From: Podarcis filfolensis
Lineage: Eukaryota
Strand: one strand, 5' to 3'
DNA: 64,000 nt
Assembly: GCA_964270895.1 (NCBI GenBank)
Contig: OZ185442.1
This document shows positions 55,900 to 64,000 of this stretch, piece after piece. The translations under genes and the position numbers were made by a program. Below the pieces are notes generated by a model. It made no database searches. It was not told the DNA's origin and saw only the letters and a list, made by a program, of their open reading frames with translations. How positions within the stretch are numbered: position 1 is the first letter of the stretch; each line of letters begins with the position of its first letter.

Positions 55900-56073
55900 C
55901 CTCTCGGCCGCCATTTTGTGTCCGAGGCGACTGTGGAACGATTAAACCGCGAGCTGGTGCTGGGCGCTGGCGGCGGCCGCTAGCGGCGGGGCAGCGGCAG
56001 TAGGAGCTCCGCAGGGCCCGAGCGGGGCGGGGCCCGGGGCAGCAGGGGCGGCCCGGAGGCGCCTCCGGGACAG
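55900..56073 (+). other. CTCF: CTCF non-coding exon 1 (5'UTR; TSS approximate)
   Basis: gccgccattttgtgtccgag...ctgtggaacgattaaacc matches the mammalian CTCF exon-1 sequence as I recall it. There is no ATG, and the donor CAG|gtaagc at 56073/56074 is strong. CTCF lies just downstream of RIPOR1 on the same strand in human. No CTCF coding exon is in the window. Confidence 0.85.
55907..55918 (+). promoter_or_regulatory. YY1 motif (GCCGCCATTTTG) at the CTCF initiator region
   Basis: Exact match to the YY1 consensus CCGCCATNTT. Confidence 0.75.
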
Positions 56074-58368
56074 GTAAGCAGCGCGGGGGGTTTGCAGTCG
56101 CTTTCTCCGGCCTCTAGGTGTCACGATGGGGCTCGGGCTGGGACCCGCCGCGGCGCCGCCGATGGGGAGCGGGGCTTTGTCTCCCTCTACCGTCCCCATC
56201 GCCCTGATGCCGGCCTGGTACTGCCGCCCATCGGCCTCCCAGAGCAGCGCCTCTGCCGGAACCAGGCCGGGCCTGGATAAATAGACAGAGGCGCGGCTGC
56301 TTAGCTCGGCCTTGCCCAACCCGCCGCCGCCTCACCCTCTCCGCCGCCGCCAACCACGGCCTGCTGGAGTGACTCGGTTTTTATTTAACTCGTCCGCCAT
56401 TATGGAAACGACTAACCCCGGGCGTTCCTGTCCCCGCCAAAAAGCTCTCATCAAAACACCCACCCGCCCGCCTTGATCCTGGCCGAGTCGATTGGGTTTC
56501 CTCCCCCCCCCCCCCCGTTTCCCAGCTCCTCCCGAGCCGCCCCCATTAACCTGCGGCCTAATCCTGCCACCTCCCGCCTCTTCTGGCTCGCTTCTCGTTC
56601 CGCCCGGTCGCCTCCGCCCCGCGTCGATTCCCGCCCGTCTCCGCTTCTGCTTTTCTCTCCCTCCTCCCCATGCCCGGACGTCCTCGTCCCGTCCCAGCTG
56701 ACCGTCCCCGGCCTGCTCCGTCCGCGTCCTTTTCCCCCGATGGTCCTGCGTGTCCGCGCTGCCCGTCCCTGCCCGCCTGCTCCCGCCGGCCGCCGCCTCG
56801 CTGTGCGCGCTGCGGAGTGAGAGGCGCTGCGAGCTCAAGATCGGGACTCGAGCTCCCTCTTGCAAGGCAGGCTGAGCTGCAGCGCCATGCAGCGCGGGAG
56901 AGCGCCAGGCGGGGACGCCCGAGCTCGCCCGCCCGGCCTGGAACCGGGAAGGAGCTCACGCGGGGCTCCCCTTTTCACCTTTACCGGGGAAGGTCCTTTC
57001 GTAAAGTTAGGATGGTGTCAAGGAAGGGGGGGGAGACTTCACGATCTCATTCATACCCCCAGTCATGACTTTGGCCTCGACGCTACCACCTAGTCCTGAT
57101 TATCTTTGTGCAGATACTATTCTTAAAGGGGGAAAAAGTAGTACTTTAAGGGAAAGCCCTCTAAAATTGCCAGAAAATTGGGCCACGCAATTCCGGAGGT
57201 TGTAGAGATCTTCCTTTATATATCCTCATGCCGTAAATCCAATAAGGTTTGGGGGAGGGGGCTCTCCCAGCCCTGAAGGAGAGAAGTCTATTACTACTTT
57301 GACTCTATATCTTTCTGAAGGTTCTCCTGCGGTTTTATTTTAAGAAAAGAACTCTTTCACAAAGGGAATATACCAGAAATTTGCATATTACTTTATATGC
57401 CTTGTTTTAAAATATATTGCTCTGAATATATGCTGTCAATTAAATCTGAGCAGTTGAGAACATGCTTGAGGTTGCTAGTGTGAAATTGGTGGGCCTGTTA
57501 GATGTATTTCTCCAAAGTAGGTTAGGGTGAGTGATAGCAAGTTGCCCAAGCCATCCTGGGTAATCTTGACGGATAAAGTCATAATTGCATCACACTAGTG
57601 AACTGCCTTCTAAAATGGGGAGAGGAGGGGTATTGGTCATAGCTAACCAGCTTTGATTCTGACCATTTATTTACAGTTACATGTTCTTTACAGAATGAGG
57701 TGGTCCATGAGGAGAGATTTAAGTGAAATATAATAGACCTATGCTACTATATATTATGCTAGCCCATAGTTGGTGCAGCATCTTGATGTAGCTAATGCTT
57801 CTATGTTGTCAGTGGCCATCATTGCTGTTTTGCTGTAATAGTTAGAATTCTGCTTGATTTCCAAAAAAAATATTCTTTTGGCTCCCAGTATTGTAGTGAT
57901 TATCTGAGTAGTCATTTAAACCTAAAAGTGTATTCCAAACTAGTATCCCTCACCCACATATATTTTAAAACACAGTTCTAAAGTCTTGCACATTTGTCAT
58001 TCGTCTGTCACTTTCTAATGCAAATGACCACATTAAGCTGTTTTATGGGTTACATTCTGTTTCTTATTTTACTTTCAAACTCTCCTACCATGAAAACAGG
58101 TGGACCTTGTGTGCTCCTTAACTTACTCTTTTGCAGGCTTTGGGCAAGTAGTGTACTGTACAAAATGATGCAAGAGAACAAATGAATTTGAGAGGCGGGG
58201 AGTAACTTAATCAAGGCTACTCTTACATATTCATGCTAATCTGATGGTGTTAGAGTTGGCTGATACTGGCGGCAGTAGACTATTGAGCAAAAGTTAACCT
58301 GTTGGGACTAGGCTGCACTGACATCTGAAAGACATGCCTATGTAACAGTGCACTGTAGTTCCATTTAT

Positions 58369-58732
58369 TTCATTGGGGATTCCAGGACAGATAAAAGAAA
58401 GTACTTATTCACATAGCACATAGTTAAACTATGGAGCTGTCTCCCATAGGAGGAAGTGATGGCCACCAACTTGGTTGGCTTTAAAAAAGGATTAAACAAA
58501 TACATGGAGGTCAAGACTATCATCAACAACTACTAGCCATAATTGCTATGTTCTACCTCCACTGTCAGAGGTAGTATACCAGTTCCTGGGAATTACAGGT
58601 AGGCAAAGAGCTGTTGCGCTCATGTCCTACTTGCAAGTTCCCCACAGGCATCTGATTAGTCATTGTGAGAACAGGATGGTGGACTGGATGAGCCATTGGC
58701 CTGATCCAGCAGCATCTTCTTATGTTCTTATG
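58369..58732 (+). mobile_element. CR1 LINE 3' end (ORF2 remnant plus tail)
   Basis: Translates to decayed FIGDSRTDKRKYLFT*HIVKLW...MATNLVGFKKGL (CR1 ORF2 end); ends cttcttatgttcttatg. Confidence 0.85.
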
Positions 58733-59078
58733 ATTAAATCTTAGCAAATTTCCCCCGGTACTGTATCAGATACATTCTTCCTCTAATAGCTTGGTCTTCT
58801 GAGCTGTAGTTCAGACTTGCCTGTTGTTATGCTTCACCTCCATCTACACTATGCCAACAAATTGCTTCTACATATCTTTTTATCTCCACCTGTGTTGAAC
58901 TCTCATATATCTGTAAAACTTCCAGAAATCTCCTGGCATATTGAAGCATTCACCTTGGTTTTAGATCTGAATGTGTCAATTGATTCTAATGTTGCAGTTG
59001 TTGAATTCTCAGCAGTACTGCTAAGGATTAAATGTACCCTTGCTACTTCCGTCAAAACTTGGTATGTTTTAAGAAATA

Positions 59079-59306
59079 CAGTGGTACCTCGGGTTACATA
59101 CGCTTCAGGTTACTTATGCTTCAGGTTACAGACTCCGCTAACCCAGAAATAGTACCCCGGGTTAAGAACTTTGCTTCAGGATGAGAACAGAAATCGTGCA
59201 GCAGCGGCAGCAGGAGGCCCCATTAGCTAAAGTGGTGCTTCAGGTTAAGAACAGTTTTAGGTTAAGAACAGACCTCCAGAACGAATTAAGTTCTTAACCC
59301 GAGGTA
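59079..59306. mobile_element. Tigger-like MITE (same orientation as 21583), right TIR truncated
   Basis: TA-cagtggtacctcgggttaca...ttcttaacccgaggta; the terminal ccactg is missing. Confidence 0.88.
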
Positions 59307-61646
59307 TTCTGAATGGTTGAGCCAATGGGCAGCAGTTTGGGAATCTGCTTCATAGTTAGGGAAACTGACTTAATTTTCAAAACTTAAGGTTACATTTAAT
59401 GTGAATTCTTGTACCTGGTGGAATTAATTTATTTTTGTAAATTTCACTTTCCCTACTGTGCCATTACATATAAGTAACTTCCAGTTTGTACATTCAGAGG
59501 TGATATTGGACCCAGATAAATATGTAAAATAAGAACCCTGGAGTAGCTTCAATCAGCCTATTTTATTAGCATAGCTGTAATTACAAAATGTGGTGGCCTT
59601 TGTAACATGTAGTATAGAACTCAGGATTTTTAGAGTTTGCTCCACCTTTGTAAAATAAATTTCAAGCCCTGTTGATTTAATCCTATAACCACTTAGCTGG
59701 GGGTTAACTGCTTTGAACTCAGTGGAACTTAGTTCTGAACTGACATGCATAGACTTTGTTGTTAAGAACATGGAAAGTCGCCTTATATAAAGTCAGATTA
59801 GCCTAGTATTGTCTTCTCAGATTGGCAGCAGTTCTTCAGGGTCTCAGGGAGGGGTCTGTCCCATCACTTGCCACCTGATTCCTCTAAACTAGAGATGACA
59901 AAGATTGAGCCTAAATCTTTATACTGTACATGCAAAGCAATTGCTCTACAATTGAGGTATGAATACTTCAGTGAAAATGGTTCCACATAAACAAGGGAAC
60001 CTCTTTGAATCTCACTGTGGTGGAATAGCTTTCCCTCTGGGTACAGTCTTGGAAACTTCTTACTTAACAAGAAAGAGGAAATTTATCTCTGTTATCCAAA
60101 TAGACCTTCTCCATTGCTTGCTGTCAAATGGCTTAAATAGCATCTCATGCACAGCATTTTATGCTTTTATTCATATCTGCAGCTTCTGAGCTCCTGGGGA
60201 AAGCTAGGTAAGGAAGGTGTGATGTTTCTGGACTACAATTTTTTTCATGCCTGACCATTGGCCGTGCTTGTTGGGGCTGATGGGAGTTGTAGTCCAGCAA
60301 CATCCAAAGGGCCAGAGGTTCCCCATAACTATTGTATGTGTGTCTCTGTGTGTACTCTGTCATTGAGTCTGGGGCAACCTCCAGTTGCTTTCAAGCTCCC
60401 TGGAACTTAACAATTTTGTTCAGAGTTCATAGATCTTTGTGTTGGTTTCTTGCAAGAAGACAATCTTGCAAACTGAAGCCAAAGGGATTTTCTTTGCATT
60501 GGCGAGAAAGCGAAACAAGGCGTCAGCCAGAAGAGTCCAGTTTAGAAGAGACAAGTGTTGAGGGGTTGAGATCTTTTCCCTCTCTCACCCTCCACTTAAC
60601 CCAGAAGATGGATTCATAAGCTAGTGTTGGAAAATATCTTTTTTCTGCATATTCTCTGATTAATCCCAATGATGGGTCACCTTGATACCTTGTTGATTCC
60701 CCAGTGTCAAGAAGGAGCATTCATATCAAAAGGGTTGTTCCTAATGGCACCTGATGTATTCTCCAGCTCTTGACAGAAAGATCGTGAGAGAGAAACACTG
60801 GTTTTGCCTTTGGCCATGGTTGACTGCTACTGCAAGATCCTTTTCAAAACTCTCTTTAAAATAGAGGAGGAGGGGATGTGGGATTGGAGGAGGCATAGCT
60901 GGGTAGAGCTGCTATTTGAAAGCACTCCAGTACTCCCTGCTTCTTTGGAAGCAAAGAAACTACATTATTGAAAGCTTCTAGGGCAGGGTTTTTATGGAAG
61001 AGGAGCTCTCTGACATTCCTGATCAGTTGGAATAAGACTTTGGGGCACAATTTACTGCAAGCTAAGCTAAACAAGGGCTAGTGGGGAAATATACATGCTG
61101 GATACTCAGAAATTTTCCAACTCTGGTCTACAGTATGTTGAGTTCTTACATGTGTGTAAAATGACTTAAACATCAACTGAAAGCTCACACATTTGCATAC
61201 TTTATTTTAAAGCTTTCATACAAGCTTGGGATCTTGGTCACTTACTGGAATATTTCATTAAGACAACAACAACTTTGCACAAGTGAGAGTAACCTCTTTT
61301 TTAACATTGAGTCTTCTGATGGCAGTGTCAAAATGACGGGTGCTTACCGGCTTTGTGTGAGAAAGGATCATAAATGTTCATACATTTATCATTGAAAACC
61401 AGGGACAGTTCATATGTACAGCTGTGGAATAACATGAAGATATATGACACAGATCTAAATTGACTGAAATTCTGAATATATCTGCAGCATGTGACTAAGA
61501 AAAAAATATGTATAAATTCTTAATTAGTTGAGAATATTGTAAGCTTCAGTGGGCATGTCTGCTATTAGTTAGGCACTGTTTTTCCTGCTGAACTAAATTT
61601 ACTGCCCTTTAAAAGAATATTATACACTTCAAAATCCAAGAAAACA

Positions 61647-61733
61647 GATGTTCTAGATACATCTTGGGTTTGAGTAATGGATGTTCTAGTAACATCTTGG
61701 GTTTGAGTAACGAATTATTGGGTTTGAGTAACG
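61647..61733. repeat. Local tandem duplication: two 33-bp units plus a partial third
   Basis: gatgttctagatacatcttgggtttgagtaatg / gatgttctagtaacatcttgggtttgagtaacg / ...ttgggtttgagtaacg. Confidence 0.9.
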
Positions 61734-62989
61734 GACTCCCAGGTTTTTCTGAAGCTGTCTCTGGAGTGAAATGAGTTACTCATAAGCATTTCTAAAATAG
61801 TCTTGGCAGAATCCTTAAAATCAGCATTTGACCTAGCAAAGGTCAAAAAATGCCTTAATCCCCTTTGTGATGCTTAGCTTGTAAGCCTTCCTGGATCCAA
61901 CTAATTGTCTATCTAGTCCAGCATCTTATTTACAAAAGTTTTCAACTAAAATTGAAGCCTGAAAACAGGATTAAAGGCAACAGCTTTCCCCTGTAGTAAT
62001 TTGTGTTTAGAGATATACTGCCCCTAAATAAGACTTAGCTTTCATGATAGGGGTTTCCATGAATTTGGCTAACTTTACTTAAAACCACCTAGGTGGCTAT
62101 TGTACAATAGTGAATCATTGTCTTCAAGTTGAATCTTTTAAAAAGGTAAAATAACTTTTTGGAGAAGTATCTTCCATTGATGTGGAATATTTCCCTTTTC
62201 AATACTAGCTACTTGGAAATAAATGTTGGAAATTTAGCTCAAGGCAGAAGGTGCTGCTTTTAGTAAAAAAACAGTATGAACATTTTTGGGGTAACTATAA
62301 CCTGAGTTTTACTTGTTGTTTTTTGTATTTAGGGAATGGCTTTTGTAATAATCAATATGCTCTATCTAACATTCCCTTTGTTGTTATAGTTGTTAGTAAA
62401 GTCTCATTACTGTCTGCCTCTTTGTTTGGTTGTTCATGATAATCTACATGTAGTGGAGCAAAAACATGTTTGTTGTGAACCTTTAGGTTAACCACTTAAT
62501 GTCATGCATGATATCATAATTTTAAAACAGCAGGGTAACATACAAAACTTTTCCTTGAACATGGCTGCTCAGGCATAGAAAGTAAGCAAGTGGCATTTTC
62601 TTTCTTTACCATGTTAAGGAAAATACAGGCTGAGGCAGATTTGGATGCCAGTTATGTTGTAGTCAACAGTTAGGAGTGATCGCAATTGCATTTTGATTAA
62701 ATAAATTGCTTTCTCTAAAAGGTGGTACTGTCTTAGCTTTCTGGACCATTGTGTAGCATCAAGGACTTGAGTGTATTCTGTGGATCCAGAGCCTTGTTTG
62801 AACTCCTCCCACTGTGATGCAACTGTCCCATTGAGGGTTTTTTTTTCCATTGAAGTTGTCACGTTCCTTAAATAAATGTTAAGATTGGTGTGTGTGGTTT
62901 TTTAACATCTGTATACTAGTAAGAACAATAGCTCTGAAGAAAAGTGCTACACTTTTCAAAATATCATGCCCTATATTTTTGCAGGCATA

Positions 62990-63125
62990 TTTTAGTAGAG
63001 CCAATCCCTCATATTTCAGGCATCTGAAGGCAGCCCTGTTTCAGGAAGCTTTTAATGTGTTCCTTTATTTTGTTGGAAGCCGCCCAGAGTGGCAGGTGGG
63101 CTACTTGAAATATTAATATTATTTC
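62990..63125 (+). mobile_element. L2 LINE 3' remnant
   Basis: The + frame reads FRHLKAALFQEAF (L2 ORF2 end), followed by a gccgcccagagtggc-type 3' UTR. Confidence 0.65.
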
Positions 63126-64000
63126 AAGATAGCGCTTCTTGTCACCTGTTATTTTATAATTTATAATAATGTTTTTCATAAAATTTATATACCACTATTG
63201 CTTTAAAAACCAACCAACCAACCTGAAAGCAGTATATAAGTGCTTTAAAAACAGCAATCTTGGGGGGGGGGAGAATATGCAGACTTTTAAAAATAGGAAG
63301 TGCCAGTTTAGTTATTCAAATAGTTTTATATCAATTAATCTAACCTGCTAATTGGCTCAGTTTTCCAACCCAACTTCTCGTGTTGTAAAAGACAGCTAAA
63401 CTTTACAGGTTATTCTTAGCAACTTGCTGTGACTCCACTGTAAAAAATAATCAGAGATCCAGAGCAGAACTTGAGTAGGTGTGTTCTGCAATGGCCAAGG
63501 CTGGAAACATGGGCTTCTGCTGCAGGTGCGCAGAGTGAGCCAATCCAAATGAACTCTAAAATTCACAGAGGCAAATTAAAAACTGACAGCATGCACCTCA
63601 GGCATTCAGACTTTTCTCTTCTGCCATGGTTTTAAAAACAGAAAAATGTTTCAGAATGTCTCCAAAACAGTTGATGGCATCTTTTTTTTAAAGTGCTTAA
63701 AATTGTGCTAAGTGCTATGCAAAAATTATTAAGACAGACAAGTCGGAGGGTAAGGAAAGGAAGAACATTTAGAAAGATGCATAATAATTCACTAATTTTG
63801 GATAAAAAGGGTAAAAGCTATTTTATGGTTCATAAATGTAATTACTACATTAAAGTGGCAATATGCCTTTTTGCAAATTCTAAGTGGGCTGGTTCCCCTA
63901 TAAGGCCTCACAACTGTAGAAGCTCAAATTGCACATGCTTCCACTTACTGATGCTCAAATTAAATGCTGCGGTGCTTGTTGAAGAACGGTAAGTTGTGGC

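Larger units (their letters stand above)
55560..57090. promoter_or_regulatory. CTCF: CpG island containing the CTCF promoter and the start of intron 1
   Basis: Abrupt shift to very high GC and CpG density in an otherwise CpG-depleted window; contains CCAAT, CRE, NRF1-like, YY1 and GC-box motifs. Confidence 0.9.

Noticed and set aside
55534-57093. Many overlapping Arg/Pro/Gly/Ala-rich ORFs on both strands
   Set aside because: An artefact of stop-codon scarcity in a CpG island; none resembles the CTCF protein, whose coding exons lie beyond the window.
61647-61733. 33-bp repeats as a CRISPR array
   Set aside because: The repeats are contiguous with no unique spacers, there are no cas genes, and the context is vertebrate.
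63693-63992. 99-aa ORF at the window end as the start of CTCF
   Set aside because: No similarity to the CTCF N-terminus (MEG(D/E)AVEA...), a non-ATG start, and AT-rich intronic composition.
1-64000. A novel multi-gene, prokaryote-style system (operon, defence island, retron, etc.)
   Set aside because: The window is explained by one spliced vertebrate gene, the next gene's promoter and interspersed repeats. No unexplained long ORFs or arrays remain.

Overview
This is vertebrate genomic DNA, almost certainly from a squamate reptile. The Sauria SINE and the rest of the repeat set point to a lacertid lizard such as Podarcis or Lacerta. It is not prokaryotic, so most ORFs in the supplied track are spurious. 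The window holds the complete spliced coding region of RIPOR1 (FAM65A) on the + strand. I traced 21 GT-AG coding exons from ATG 24959 to TGA 50282; every junction is phase-compatible, and the total is 3003 nt (1000 aa plus stop). A 3'UTR follows, with a poly(A) signal at 51180. A CpG island at about 55.6-57.1 kb carries the promoter and non-coding exon 1 of what is very likely CTCF (sequence recall plus RIPOR1-CTCF synteny), and the window ends inside the CTCF 5' intron. Bases 1-24.9 kb look like RIPOR1 intron 1 or 5' flank; the true first exon(s) cannot be fixed from sequence alone. Non-coding DNA is dense with hAT and Tigger-like MITEs (many with intact TIRs and TSDs), tRNA-derived SINEs, and CR1 and L2 LINE 3' remnants. 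I found no new multi-gene system. The best leads are smaller: TE-derived splice sites, an in-frame stop-free intron, a G-quadruplex plus perfect palindrome in CTCF exon 1, CTCF-like motifs in the CTCF promoter, and a MITE carrying telomeric hexamers.
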